A stretch of DNA of 64,000 nucleotides from the human T2T-CHM13v2.0 reference genome, Homo sapiens (GCF_009914755.1 NC_060928.1); one strand, 5' to 3'. Counted from the stretch's first letter, positions 1 through 14,946 are shown. Program-made: numbers and translations. Notes: generated by a model from the letters alone, not told the origin.

Positions 1-2019
1 AATATTACCATAAATATAAGGAACAAGAGAGTATATGGCAAAGAAATGAAGAGAAAAAAGGGTAGTTGGTGGCAATCTGTTGGGGAGTTAGTTACTTTTA
101 AAAGGATTATATTTTTCAAGATTTTGTTATATTTGTGGTGTTTGTTTTTATAAAGTTCAAATTTGTTGTATGTTTTCTCTTTCAAAATAAGTATTCATGT
201 TCATACTTGATTCCTTTTAAAGCGGGTTAAATTGTACACATCTTGGCGCTTGCCTACAAAACTAGATCCAACCTCACTTAAAACTTTTCTTACAATTAGC
301 TGCCTTCTTATTTAAATAGAAGGTACACATGTACAAGAATCACACATTCCCTGTGCACTTCTGCATTTCAATGCCTACACACTAGTCCAAACTTCAGATT
401 TCCAGAGAAATGTTTTCCATCTTTTAATGTGACTATGAGACATCTCATTTTATTATAGTTCATGGTGACTGGCTCCCTCAAGCTTTACTTCACATGAAAT
501 GTCAACATTGAACATAAATACATGGAAAGTACATCTGGTCTGGTGGGATAGTATTGATGCTGGCTTTTTGGAAATTGTGAGTTGGGATGAGTTTGCTGCA
601 GATATCCAAGCATCTGCCAGTTAATTTTGTGTGGTATATCTGGAAAGGTCCCATGCACACTGAGGCATAACTTCAAATACGTTTTTTTGGCTGTGGATTC
701 CTGGGAAACAAGATGAGCAGACAGACAACACTGCCTAGAGTAATTAGGAACAGAGTGACTTGCTCTACATCCTCAGGAAATTGTTGCAAACTGGGAAGGC
801 ACATCCCCCAATTTGTTTTTTTCCTCTGAACATCCCTGTCTATTGAGAGGCAACAGCTGGCAGTGTAACTGGCTGGGCTGCTTGAGTTTGCACTAATATC
901 ATTAAAGAGTAAAATATTAATATACTCCTGTTAAAAGAAGTTACAGAGAACTTATCCCTGAAAAGCCATCATTAATCTTCATAATGACCTTCCAAATAAG
1001 ATAGAAAAAATGAACACATTTTATAGATAGGAAAATCTGGATAACTAGGGTTTTGTTCAAGGTCAGAAGTCTAAAAAAATACACACTGTATTTCTCATAA
1101 ATTAAGTTTTTGCCATGATTGCCTCAATCCTATTCTCTGCCTGCTATAAGAAAGTGTTTTCTCTGCCAAACCGCATTTCTAGCAGAAATAAATACTTTAT
1201 AAATCCATTCCCTTTGAAACTTGCATTCAAGTACAGTCAATCTTATTTTTAGAACATTTATGCATTCTTACTTTAAAAAATCATTTAAAGTTATCCTTAT
1301 AAAGATCATATTTCTTCTTTACTGCCAAAAGATCACAAATGCCTACAGGGCAGAAAACTTCCTGTTGAACAAGGGAGATTAGATGAGACTTTCAACAAAA
1401 GATTAATTTGTCTACTGAAATACGGTTGGTATTGCTTAAGCTGATGATTTTCTTAGCAACCATTGCAATGAAAGCAATGTGACTTAATGTGTCCAGTTTA
1501 ATGAGTAAACATGTTGGTACTACCAAAATGTATTAGATTCCATTTTAAATAATCATTTACAAGCAATATGAAGCAAGTGATAATCAATGGAAAATTGCAA
1601 CAGAAATGGAGAATATGAAGAATTGAAAGAATGTGGCTACGTTTTTAAAAGTAAAATTCGCAAATAAAATAATCAGATCTTCTTCAAATTGCTGATAGGG
1701 CATAGCTTATACATCTAATTACAAAGATTGCATAGACCATATCACATAAACAAAGAAGCATTTGTCCTTACTGAAGAGGGTATTCAAACCACAAATTGCT
1801 CTGTAGTATGCTCCGAATACAGATAAGCTTGAAACTGCTTTATTTAGTCTTCATACACACACATCAAAATAGAAAATGGTTGCATATTTAAACATTTTAG
1901 ACCCATTCCTATTTTAGCAAATTCTAGCTTACAATATGATTATGATTACATAGATTTATAAAACCTCAAATATCTCCAGTTATCACTTGGGATTTTTCTT
2001 CTTCCCTGATTTTTTTTGG

Positions 2020-2041
2020 GTGTGTGTGTGTGTGTGTGTGT
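2020..2041. repeat. (GT)n microsatellite
   Basis: About 11 GT units seen directly. Confidence 0.95.
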
Positions 2042-3359
2042 ACTTAATCAGGACTCAGATAATCACATATGGTCTGAAATGCCTTTCCTGCTGCTTGGGC
2101 TCTCAATATTATACATCATTCAAGTCCTTATTAAAATACTACCATGTTCATGAAACTGTCCCACTCTCTGATTACTGCTCCTACCACCATTCCCAATAGG
2201 ACTGATTTTCCTTCCAAAATAGGTTTTGGCTGGAAGTCCCCATTGCAGTCTTTCCAACTTTCTACTGAAAAGCTCACAGATAACCTGAACATTTGAATGC
2301 ACAGAAACAAAAACACTTAAAAAATACCCAAATGTGATTTTGACCAACAACTTACCTTCAGAATCTGAGTAGTATTTTGATAAAATGTTAAGACCCATGG
2401 GCCCAGGTTAAAAGAAAAAATCTACCACCGAATGGCTTATGATAAGTCTTTATAAGCCAGAGTTATTCTGTTCACCTGGAAGAAAGAAAAATGAACTCCA
2501 TTCATTCAATGGCGTTTTGCTCACTTATTCATGAAGCCATGGTCTATAGTATAATAAAACAGAGTTAATCAGCAGAATTCTGGATGAAGACAGAAGGCAG
2601 GCTGGTTCAGTGGTTCAGCTCCTAAAGAAAAGCATAAAATGCAGGCCAGAATGACTTTTTTTTCCTTTATAGGAGCATAGGCAGGATGATCATTTATTCA
2701 GGAGCATGGAATTTTGGAAATCAGTGAAGCAAAAGGGATGGAGCCAGAGAGATGGCTGAACCTGAGAGAAAGGAAGTGCAAACTTGAATGTGATGGCTTC
2801 TACTTGGACCACAGTGAGGGAGAGACAGAGGTGGGATGTGAGGAACTGGTTCCCACAGAGAATGGCTCTGTCACCATTTCCCTAAACAAGAGAGAAGATC
2901 ATGTGCAGGCCAGGTGATAAAAACCTATTACGACATCACCAGCGAGAAGCAGGAATCCGTGAAAATAGCATAAATCATAGGGCTAAGAGATAACAGGATG
3001 ACATAAAAGGGAAGATGATAGCATAAAATCATGGGGCGATACCCAAAGACAACAAGCTGACATAATCAAGGTGTAAAGTGAGAAGGGTAAAGTTTAAAAT
3101 GTTAAAGGAAAAAAATCTCCATATAAAGTTTAATGGAGAAAATGGACACTAGAATATTGGATCAGTGAGGATGGTTTGTATGTCAGTGTGGTGGGGAGCA
3201 GGGCAAGTAGGATTGTGAGAATGAAATCATGGAAGAGATGTTGACAGATGTTGAGGGAAAAAAAAAAAAGAAACCACCCAAGACTGAGATACAGTCCCCT
3301 AAAGGGAACCAGGACAACTGAACACAGGAAAAAGCAATTACATATTTGAAGAGAAAATT

Positions 3360-3850
3360 TTAACAAATAAAATATGTCCTAAAATAGTAGATGAAATAAC
3401 ATCAGAGCATTTGACGCAAAACATAAAAAGAATAAGACATCCAGACATTTCTTGTGGAGAAATTTTAATTATGATAAAAAATTAAAAGATTCTTCATTCA
3501 AAAATGCAAAAAAGAGAACCAGAAAAGTATGTAAAAGGGGACAAAATTGGTCTGTCTTCAGACTTTCCCATGTTAAATATCAGAAGATACCAGAGAAACA
3601 TTCAGAAAACTGATCAAAGAAAAGTTTGTGATTCATAAATTTTTAGACCCTGCAAGTTTTCATTGCTGTATAAAGCCAAAAGAAAGGAATTCTTAAAATA
3701 ATGTGAAGTCTTACACAAAGATACCACCCACGTGGCCAGGCAAAGGAAAAATAGCTGAAGACATTCTCTAGCTAACATTGAGATGAATCCAAATCAAGGG
3801 CTCAAAAACAGGAAAGAATACTTTATAAAACAGATGACAGAGTTTTGTAG
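3360..3850 (+). mobile_element. Ancient L1M/HAL1-like ORF1-region remnant
   Basis: A-rich decayed sequence with L1 ORF1-like motifs (cttcagacttt...aaatatcagaagata...agaccctgcaag). No intact frame; boundaries approximate. Confidence 0.45.
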
Positions 3851-4062
3851 GAGACTGTATCTCTATAATTGTAAGTAGTGTAACTAAATAAAAGCAAATA
3901 TCAAAAATCATTATTGGAAGCAGACAACATAAAAGTTATTATCGACAGCAATAATTCATATTGAAATTCATGTGTTAACATAAGTGAATAATACAAGGCA
4001 GAAAACTGGGCAAAGTTTGCTACATCATGTTTAATACAGAGGACAGAGAAGCAAAACCTTCA

Positions 4063-4064
4063 TT

Positions 4065-4102
<38 letters not shown>
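4063..4102. repeat. (TTTA)n microsatellite
   Basis: About 10 TTTA units. Confidence 0.95.
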
Positions 4103-4103
<1 letters not shown>

Positions 4104-4153
4104 GCTATTTACTTTAAGAATCACCAAAAGTGTAAAACAGAATGTACGAAACA

Positions 4154-4605
<452 letters not shown>

Positions 4606-4684
4606 CTATTAAAAGACAAAGATTCTAAGATTAAGGTAAAATATAATAAACAAACAAATGTCACATCCAAGGTAGTATGGGTAG

Positions 4685-4820
4685 CATTTACTCACTGCCA
4701 CACCTGCTGCAAATACTTTTACAGTTACTGATTCATTTAGTCTTTGCAGAAACCTCTCAGGCAGTACTACTTTTATCCTCATCTTACAAATGAGGAAACT
4801 AAGATGTAAAGAAAAGAGTA
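4685..4820 (-). mobile_element. MIR fragment
   Basis: Core ttatcctcatcttacaaatgaggaaact. Confidence 0.7.
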
Positions 4821-6902
4821 GTCTGGAATACATCTAAACTTCACAGGAATATTAAAAATAAAAAAAACAAATATTCACCAACGTCAAATAGAAGTATATA
4901 GTAGGGGTTGCTATACTGTTTTCCAACAGCTCCAAGCACTGTGTACAAGGAGCGTCATATAATTTTGTTAGAAGGCGCAAGCAAAATTAAAGGTGAACAA
5001 CCATCAACTTTTTTATTCTAGACATCACAAAGTTGTTAAAACTAATTGGAAAAACTGGGAGTCACTATCATTGCAAGATACTTTAATACACCTCCCTCAA
5101 ATCAAATGGTCAAGAATAAATATCAGAGACATTTTAGTGATTATAAGGTGAACTATTTCATCATGCCAAGCGCCAACTTTCTTTTTCAAATATCATATTA
5201 GAATATTTTGAAAAGAGGGGACATATTTTATATGCCCTAAGATATTGTTTCTTTGATTTTATACACATTCATATGTATACACAGAAAAATACTTAGGATG
5301 ACATCAATTCAATGCTGTCTTAGTTTGATTTTCATGTAGGGGTTGGGTAGATTGTAATGGTCTTCACTGTATTTTTTAATTTTTTAGGTTTTTAATATGT
5401 CCACAAAATACTTCCATAGTTAGCAAGGTTATCCATCTAATATCCACTCATCCAAAAAGTACTTATTGAACCCTTAATTAAGTGTCTCAGTTGGTGTTAG
5501 TAAGTGATGACTGACCCTGAGAGAAAATATTAATAAGCAAAGGGAAAAAAGCACTTTCCTTTATTGTAAGTAAGGGATTCATAAACTTGACACTTAAGAA
5601 CACAGCTGTACAAACCAGGAGGTTGAGTGGGATCAGCTTTGTAGGAAGGGCAAACAGTTCTAGCCTCCATTTCCAAGAAAGGTGCCTCACTTCCATCTCC
5701 ACTGCCTAAATAGGGTGAGAATTCTACTAAGTGCTTTGAGGGGCTCCACTGCATTCCCAAGGAATTTTTTCACCCCCTCTTGGCCTTTCCCAACGGCTCT
5801 GTAGACCCTCTGTTTATGTGCCTATCTGACCACCAGGTGAAAGTACCTGTCTACAGCCCAGCAACTCCCTGAATGCTTACTGCAGAAAGCTACAAAAGGA
5901 ATTTGGGGGACAAGGTCTGAGGTCTGTACTTCTCTGAAAGGCCCAGACTTGTAAACCTTTGTAAAATTGGTCCCTAAAACTAGATGCTGGCCATGTGACA
6001 ATGAAAAAGTGCACACACCCCTGCCCTCCTGGAATTCATATTTTAAAGGAGAGGAAGGCATTGCATAAGTAATTACCAGCATGATGAATGGAACAAAGAA
6101 TAGGGGATGGAAGCCATGAAGATATTTTTCTTTTCTCCACTGTCCCTTTTTGCATTGCTGATTATCCCAATGTGGACCTTGTTACCTTCTGTTTTGTTCT
6201 GTGTTTCTCTGTGAGCACATCTGTTTTTCCAAGCAGTCAGTTTCTTGCAGGCATCTGCAAAGGCCCTCAAATTAAATACTCAGTAATGTCTTGCTAAAAT
6301 TAATGAAGAGAAAGCATTAGGTCTCTAATAGGCTTTTCTATATCAATATTGTCTATTTAGATTCAACTTTCAAGACACTAGGAGGCATGTTTATTTCATT
6401 ATCTTAAATCTTGCACCAGACAATTCTTTAGAAGTTTTTCTTTTCTGCTTATTGTCTAACCTTGAGAAATGATGAAATGAGAGTGTTTACATTTAGAAAG
6501 TATAAAGTTAACCTCGTACTTACCTACAGAAATAAGCGCTAGGTGTTAGTAACACATTCCAGTGTACCAAAAAGATTGAAGTATTTACCTCTTTTGCTGT
6601 AGCAAATATGGGACAGAAGGTTCCTGATTCTGAAAGGGGAGGGGATAGCTGCACTGTGAGAAGACCACACCCTGTCAGTGATAGAGAATACACAGCTGAT
6701 CCCTGAGCAACATGGGTTTGAACTGCACAGGCCCTCTTCGACATCTGTTTTTCAAAACAAAAAAAGTGTGCCTTCTTCTCCTGCCTCCCTTCCACTTTCT
6801 CCACCTCTTCTGCCTCTGCTACTCCTGAAACAGCAAGACTAACCCCTCCTCTTCCTATTTTTCCTCAGGCTACTCAAGACTCAAGACCTTTATGATGATC
6901 TA

Positions 6903-7277
6903 TGCTATGATTAGGCTTTGCCTCCCCACCCAAATCTCATCTTGAATTGTAATCCCCATAATCCCACGTGTTAAGGGATAGACCAGGTGGAGGTAGTAGA
7001 ATTATGGGGGTGGTTTTCCCCATGCTGCTCTCATGATAGTGAGTGAGTTCTCTGAGATCTGATGGTTTTATAAGGGTCTCTTCCCCTTCACTCGGCACTG
7101 CTCCTTCCTGTTCCCTTGTGAAGAAGGTGCCTTGCTTTCTCCTCACCTTCCACTATGATTGTAAATTTCCTGAGGCCTCCCCAGCCATGCAGAGCTGTGA
7201 GTCAATTAAACCTCTGTCCTTATAAATTATCCAGTTTGGGGCAATTCTTTGTAGCAGTATGAAAACAAACTAATACA
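6903..7277 (+). mobile_element. THE1/MSTA-type MaLR solo LTR
   Basis: tg...ccccacccaaatctcatcttgaattg...ctaataca; 5-bp TSD ATCTA at 6898-6902 and 7278-7282. Confidence 0.93.
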
Positions 7278-7328
7278 ATCTATTTCCACTTAATTAATAG
7301 TAAATACATTTTGTCTTCCTTATGATTT

Positions 7329-8002
7329 TCTTTTACTTTCTTTTTTTTTTTTTTTTTTGTGGAGACAGGGTCTCTGATATGGTTTGACTGTGTCCCCACC
7401 CAAATCTCATCTTGAATGGTAGCTCCCATAATTCCCTCATGTTTTTTAAGGGACCCAGTGGGAGATAATTGAATCATGGAGGTGGTTTTCCCCCTACTGT
7501 TCTTGTGGTAGTGAAAATTCTCACAAGATCTGATGGTTTTATAAAGGGGACTCTCCCTGCACAAGTGCTCTCCTCTTGTCTGCTGCCACGTAAGACATGC
7601 CTTTCACTTTCCACCATGATTGTGAGGCCTCCCCAGCCATGTGGAACTGTAAGTCCGTTAAACCGCTTGCTTTAATAAATTGCCCAGTCTGGGTATGTCT
7701 TTATCAGCGTCGTGAAAACGGACTAATACATGCTCTCTGTCACCCAGGCTGAAATATAATGCTGTGATCATAGTTCACTGTAACCTCAAACTCCTGGGCT
7801 CAAGTGATCCTCCCATCTCAGCCTCTTGAGTACCTGGGACCACAGGTGTGCTACACCATACCTGGCCAATTTTTTAACTTCTTTGTGGAGACAGAGTCGC
7901 TCTATGTTACCCAGACTGGTTTTGACTCATGGCCTCATGTGATCCTCCTGCCTGGGCCTCCAAAAGTGCTGGAATTACAGGCATGACCCATGGCATTTGG
8001 CC
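7329..8002 (-). mobile_element. AluJ, interrupted by a THE1 LTR
   Basis: Poly-T plus gagacagggtctc; body resumes at 7731. 13-bp TSD TTCCTTATGATTT at 7316-7328 and 8003-8015. Confidence 0.92.
7375..7730 (+). mobile_element. THE1(B-like) solo LTR inserted in the AluJ
   Basis: tgatatggtttgactgtgtccccaccc...gactaataca. TSD is degenerate (gtctc / tgctc). Confidence 0.93.
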
Positions 8003-9309
8003 TTCCTTATGATTTGATTAATAACATTTTCTTTTCTTTAGCTTACTTTTTCCTAAGAATGCAGTGTATAATACATGTAACATGAAATATGTGTTAGTTG
8101 ACTGTTTATGTTACCAGTAAGCTTCCAGTCAACAGTATGCTATTGGTAGTTATGGGTTTGGGGGAGGCCAAAACTTACACACATATTCTTGACTGGGGTC
8201 ATTTCTTATAACCCCTGTATTTTTCAAGGATCAACTGTATTCAATTTTGGGAGGTATGGCATTGAGAACCAGTGAACCTATCAGTTCTCCCCTATTCAGT
8301 AATTTAGGTGGGCTCACTCCCATCAGCTATATCAAGAATAGGAAGAAGTCCAGTCACCTGATCCATACACCTGGATTCTGAAAATGTGGCAATTTTGGAC
8401 CAATAGTGGTGAGTTAGTACTAGTACTTTGCTAGTACTTACCTTTTTTACTATAAGAAAGAACCTGGGCATTAACTGATTTATGTCAAACACTTTGAGTT
8501 TGGGATGATTGGATTCAGTTGCTCTCATTGAGGAATTAGTTGGGCCTTCCTCTATACTCAGTGCCTAGCATAAGTATTATGTAACATTGAAATACCTTGT
8601 GAAGACAAGGCCGCAGAGGCTTCAACCAATAAAATCTTACAAGACTACGATGCCGAGACCTGAGTGTTATTTAACAAGTGGGAAGCAGAAACCTCTTCTG
8701 AATTTTGTGTAGCGTGTCTTCAGTCTTCCCCAAAAGTTCCTCTATTGCCTGCTCTCGTTTTATACCTCTGTCCTCTGAGTCAGGGACCACCCTCATTTTC
8801 TAACTCATTTTTCCAACTAACCTAAGAGACACGCGGTATAGTATTGCATCCTTAACAGCCTCATATTTACAGGAGGGCTTCAAAAGTAATGCTTGGTGAT
8901 GATTATAGTTAAGCTTGAGTTTCAATTCTGGCAGGCCTAAAATTGAGAATTGGATAGAGTTACATTAAAATATCTTTTTAAGCCTAAAAAGTAACATATC
9001 TTCCTTCTCTCAGCTGAGAGAACCAGATAGTTAATAACTACTGCCTAGGCTCAGAATGTTTTCAAGATTGAAATATAATCTCTGGTTCTTGTATGTGAGA
9101 TATTCCCACACTGCTGAAGTTACTAGAGACTATGCAATCATCAGCACTATGAAATTTCTCAAGATCCATTTCCATGTGTACAGTTATAAATTCATCCCAT
9201 AAGTCAACCTCAGCTGTGTTATCACTGTAGGGAGGAGATTGTCTGCCCTTTCCCCATGTCCACACTCATGATGCCTGCTCCCCAAGAGCCTGCCATTTAG
9301 TTGAAACTA

Positions 9310-9480
9310 ATAGGCAACATTTATTGAAGAACTACCCAGAGCACATGGCAAGCACCACGCCTGAGTTATCTCATTTATCTTCATTTATCACACACCATGA
9401 GAGAGGTGGTATTATCACTTTTCAGATGATGAGACTCAGACCCATAGTAAGTTACAAACCTACATCCATTCAGCTATAAA
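9310..9480 (-). mobile_element. MIR fragment
   Basis: aacatttattga...ttcagatgatgagactcaga. Confidence 0.6.
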
Positions 9481-9674
9481 TCATATTTAGAAAAACATGT
9501 TAGAATTAGATATAGTGGATCAGAAGAGAAAGCTGCCACTTCTGGCTGGGATGTCACAGAAGGTTTAAGAATGGTGCTCATTTGTGATCTCAAGCTTGAA
9601 GCAGTGATTTGTGTAACAAGAGAAGTAGACTACCATCTGGGCAAGGAATTAGATTTCACACTAACTAGTTCCTT

Positions 9675-10500
<826 letters not shown>

Positions 10501-10569
10501 ACCTGCCTCTTAAGCAATGAGTCCAGCATTACAAGTTTGGACCTAAAAAGATTAGAAAATATACGTCCA

Positions 10570-10928
<359 letters not shown>

Positions 10929-11044
10929 TCACTGCAGCAAATCATGGATTCCTGATCAGCATCTTATTTTTAAAACAAACAGCTAAGCTGAGGGTAGCTG
11001 ACATAGAAATCCCATTAGATTCACTGCACAAACTCATGTAAACC

Positions 11045-11152
11045 CAGGCCAGTGGCACAAACCTGTAATCCCAGCTACCTGGGAGGTAGGGGAATCACTT
11101 GAGCCCAAAAATTTAAGACCAGCCTGGGCATAAATTTTTTTAAAAAAATTTA
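11045..11152 (+). mobile_element. Alu monomer (FLAM/FRAM-like)
   Basis: cctgtaatcccagctacctgggagg...gaccagcctgggca; single arm only. Confidence 0.8.
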
Positions 11153-11734
11153 AAACTCACATAGAACCTATGAATAATCACTTGTTTTGTCGGGGGTTCT
11201 GAAACTAGTTTAGAAACTGAGGAGAAGAGTAAATTCTGTTACCTCAGCAACTGAAATGATTTGTCATTGCATTAGGAGAGCCTCACATAGAACTGCACCT
11301 CTATCAACTTCAGCTTGAGGTCAGAGGGCAGTAAGTCGAGGTCCTGGCTTCATGACTAGGAGATTTCTAATTCTACAATGAACTCATGTCTTGTACAAAG
11401 ATGTAAAAACTGTGCCACTTGATGTAATAACTGCTCTCACCACCCCTTTGCAGAGCTCAGTACCTGTATCTACAGGTCAAATTTAAGACCTCAGTCCTGT
11501 GCCTCCTTCTTCACATTCACACTTTCATTTCAGACACCTCAAAGTAGATGTTCAATTTTTATCCTTGTTTCCATAAGTTCTTCATCTTTTCCCAAAGGCA
11601 TCTGTATTTGTTCCAATTTCCCCTTTTCTAGAATCACCATTGTCATTATCCAAGACTAGACAGTTTGATATAGTCTTCAACTGTCAAACTTTCTTCAGAT
11701 TTAATATTGAATGCAAAAAAAAAAATTCATTTTT

Positions 11735-12040
11735 GGCTGGGTGTGGTGGCTCATGCCTGTAATCCCAGCACTTTAGGAGGCTGAGGCGGGCGGATCACCT
11801 GAGGTGGGGAGTTCGAAACCAGCCTGACCAATATGGAGAAACCCCATCTCTATTAAAAATAGAAAATTAGCTGGGCATGGTGTCGCATGCCTGTAATCCC
11901 AGCTACTCAGGAGGCTGAGGCAGAAGAATCACTTGAATCCAGGAGGCGGATGTTGCAGTGAACCGAGATCGCGCCATTGCACTCTAGCCTGGGCAACAAG
12001 AATGAAACTCTGTCTCCAAAAAAAAAAAAGAAAAAAAAAA
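11735..12040 (+). mobile_element. AluSp-like
   Basis: Diagnostic ctgaccaatatggagaaacc and ggcaacaagaatgaaac; TSD aaaaa(t/c)tcattttt. Confidence 0.96.
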
Positions 12041-12417
12041 CTCATTTTTTTTTCCTCTTAAAATGCCTTGCTAATCTCTCTGTCCCCACTTCATTCAAGT
12101 TTTCATCTGCTTTTAGTTGAAAACCAAGAAAAAGTCTCTCCTCTCTTCTAGCTAAATTCAGTCTTTCTCTAATCCAATTCATTTTAGACACTGCTGCCAG
12201 ACTCAGTTTAGGAGAAGATTTGAGTTATTTCATCCCTTCAATCAAAACCTGTATCAGTTCACTATTTTATCTAGCAAGTTAAATCAAAGTTCTACTATCT
12301 AGGTTTAAAGATCTTCCCAGTCTTGGCAGTGCTCAGGCATTCTCAAAGAAATCTAGAATTGGACAGTAGTTAAAGCAGCAAAAACAGATTTTACTGAGGG
12401 ACTATTACAATAGGTGA

Positions 12418-12799
12418 TGATATGGTTTGGCTTTGTGTCTCCCTCCCCAAATCTCATGTTAAATTATAATTCCCAGTGTTGGTGGAGGGGCCTGGTGGGA
12501 GATGACTGGATCATGGTGGCCGATTTCCCCCTTGCTGTTCTCATAATAGTGAGTGAGTTCTCACAAATTCTGGTTGTTTAAAAGTGTATAGCACTTCTCC
12601 CTTCCCTCTCTTTCCCTAGCCCCCACCGTGTTAGAAGTGCCTGCTTCCCCTTTGCCTTCTGCCACGATTGAAAGTTTCTTGAGGCCTCCCAGCTGTTCTA
12701 CGTATACAGACTGCAGAACCATGAGCCATTGAAACCTCTTTTCTTCATAAATTTCTGTTTCAGGTAGTTTTTATAGTAGTGCAAGAATGCACTAATACA
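12418..12799 (+). mobile_element. MSTA-like MaLR solo LTR
   Basis: tgatatggtttggctttgtg...actaataca. Confidence 0.92.
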
Positions 12800-13095
12800 A
12801 TAGAGTAAAAGAAACTTCAGTATGGAATTAGGCTCAATTCCAAATACAATAAGTATAAGTGATTTATAACTGACGCACAGATTTGGAAAGGGGTGCAGGA
12901 TAGAAAATTACTAAGAGGAAAAAACATGGGAGGAGGTTGTAAAAATTCTGATTTTCTGATTAAGCAAACCTAACAGGACTCTTGCCATGGTGATCAGGTG
13001 TCACCCAGGAAGGTGGGGGATGAGGAATTTGATCAGATATGAAGGGTCTAAGGATTCTCTCTAAACTGATCTAGCAGGATTCTTGCTGAAACAGT

Positions 13096-13502
13096 AGCTA
13101 TTAGCCTGTTTTGCATGGCTATAAAGGAATACTGGAGGCTGGGTCATTTATAAAGAAAAGAGGTTTATGTGGCTCATGGATCTGCAGGCTGCACAAGAAG
13201 CATGGCACCAGCATCTGCTTCCAGTGAGGCCTCAGGAAGCTTAGACTCATTGTGGAAGGCAAGGGGAGAACATGTGTCGCAAGGCAAGAGAGAGAGCAAG
13301 AGAGGTAGGGGAATGGTGGGGTGCGTCCCAGACCCTTCAACAACCAGATCTCATGTAAACTTATTACTGAAAGGAGGGCACCAAGCCTTTCATGAGGAAT
13401 CCACCCCCACGATCCAAATACCTCCCACTAGACGCCGCCTCCAACATTAGGGATCACATTTCAACATGAGATTTGGAGAGGACTAACCTCCAAACTCTAT
13501 CA
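13096..13502 (-). mobile_element. MSTB-like MaLR solo LTR
   Basis: ttagcctgttttgcatggctataaagg...catgagatttggagagg...caaactctatca. Confidence 0.9.
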
Positions 13503-13934
13503 CTGTTCAGGCTAAGAGGCACATGGTCAAGTCAAGAAAAGGCTTCCGAGGAGCCTGACTACAGTTAACGTCAAGGATGGTGTCTTGTCAGTACCTAAGA
13601 ATTGTGTGCACTTGGCAGAATTAATCTGCGTTCTTCTCTTCATAGATCCTCACATATAATACACACATAGCCCTGTCTTCTCTAATAGGAAACTCCTGCG
13701 TGGACTGCCTATTTTGCTTCTTCTCCATCTAAATCACAGTCTTCAGAGCCCAGCCAAAAAAAAAAAAAAAAAAATTGCATCTTCATAGAACTTTTATGAA
13801 GTCGATGGTTCCTTATGACTTTTTTACTCTCAGGGTTAATTATTTCCATTGGCGAGCCCTTTCGAGCGGAAACTATATATCAAGCCCTGTGTCACATGCA
13901 GAGAGAGTTACAAGCCATAAGACATGATCCTTTT

Positions 13935-14220
13935 TGTAGTGATTTCTAGGTGTCCTGCCATATCCGTTCTCTCCTTCTTTTATAGTAAAACCCTTGAAGT
14001 TTATCTATTTAGATATGAGAAAAAGAAATGTATGGTTTCCAGCTTATGAGATTAAAAAGGGGGTGTGCCCTCTATTTTTTCTACCTCTCCTTTCTGTTGC
14101 ATAGAATGTGGACATACTATTAAAGCCGGTGTGATCATCTTGGGCCATGAAGTAGAAGCCATATGAAGTAAAAGGATTTGCTGTCTGGATTGTTGTGGGC
14201 TCATCATCCCATGGGCATAG
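13935..14220 (+). mobile_element. Old ERVL-type LTR fragment (LTR16-like)
   Basis: tgtagtg start; ...gaatgtggac...catcttgggccatgaagtagaagcc resembles LTR16/MLT motifs; highly diverged. Confidence 0.35.
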
Positions 14221-14661
14221 GTATGCTTGTAAAAGACCAGCTGGCACATAGTAAATCATAAAAAATAGTGAATAATTATGTGATGTCGATGATAAAAATG
14301 AGGATGTTGACGTTTGTAGTGGTGATAACTATGATGATGACCTTAATGCCTTTGTTAACAACATGCACTTAAGAATTTGCTTTTTGATCACTTCTGGTTG
14401 TGAAAATAAAGCAGCAGTAACCTAGATTGTATTCTATCTTCCCCACTGTCTGGGATAGAAACACTAAATTCATGCAGTCTTTGCTAGCTCTCAGCTAAGA
14501 CCATTGATCTTATTATGGTAGAATCCGAAAACTGGTAGATGAAGAAAAGACTGAGAAGTCAGAGGAAAGAGGACTGGATAGAGCCAGGGAAATTAACTTG
14601 ATCTAATAAGAAAGAATGTGATGTTTGGGTAAAAGACTGAATGGCTAACAAAAGCCTCACA

Positions 14662-14946
14662 GGCCAGACGCAGTGGCTCACGCCTGTAATCCCAGCACTT
14701 TGGGAGGTCAAGGCGGGCTGATTGCCTGAGGTCAGAGGTTTGAGACCAGTCTGGCCAAGATGGTGAAACCCCATCTCTACTAAAAATACAAAAAAAATTA
14801 GCCAAGCGTGGTGGCACGCACCTGTAATCCCAGTGACTCAGGAGGCTGAGGCAGGGGGATTGCTTGAACCATGGAGATAGAAGTTGCAGTGAGCCGAGAT
14901 GATACCACTGCACTCCAGCCTGGGTGACAGAGCGAGACTCTGTCTC

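Larger units (their letters stand above)
6693..8237 (+). mobile_element. Tigger2a/MER28-like DNA transposon, split into three pieces by later insertions
   Basis: Terminal inverted repeats cagctgatccctgagcaac and ttcaaggatcaactg followed by TA. Internal sequence resumes at 7278-7328 and 8003-8237. Confidence 0.85.
12341..13590 (-). mobile_element. MER67/MER31-like ERV1 LTR split by two MaLR LTRs
   Basis: Minus strand begins tgacaagacaccatccttgac...gtcaggctcctc and ends aaaatctgtttttgctgctttaactactgtcc...ttctttgaga. Confidence 0.65.

Noticed and set aside
1540-1900. A-rich stretch with coding-like texture
   Set aside because: Frames are closed by stops and I recognise no homology.
6903-7730. 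Two same-strand THE1-type LTRs as one provirus
   Set aside because: The first LTR has its own TSD, and the spacer is Tigger plus Alu sequence, not internal MaLR sequence.
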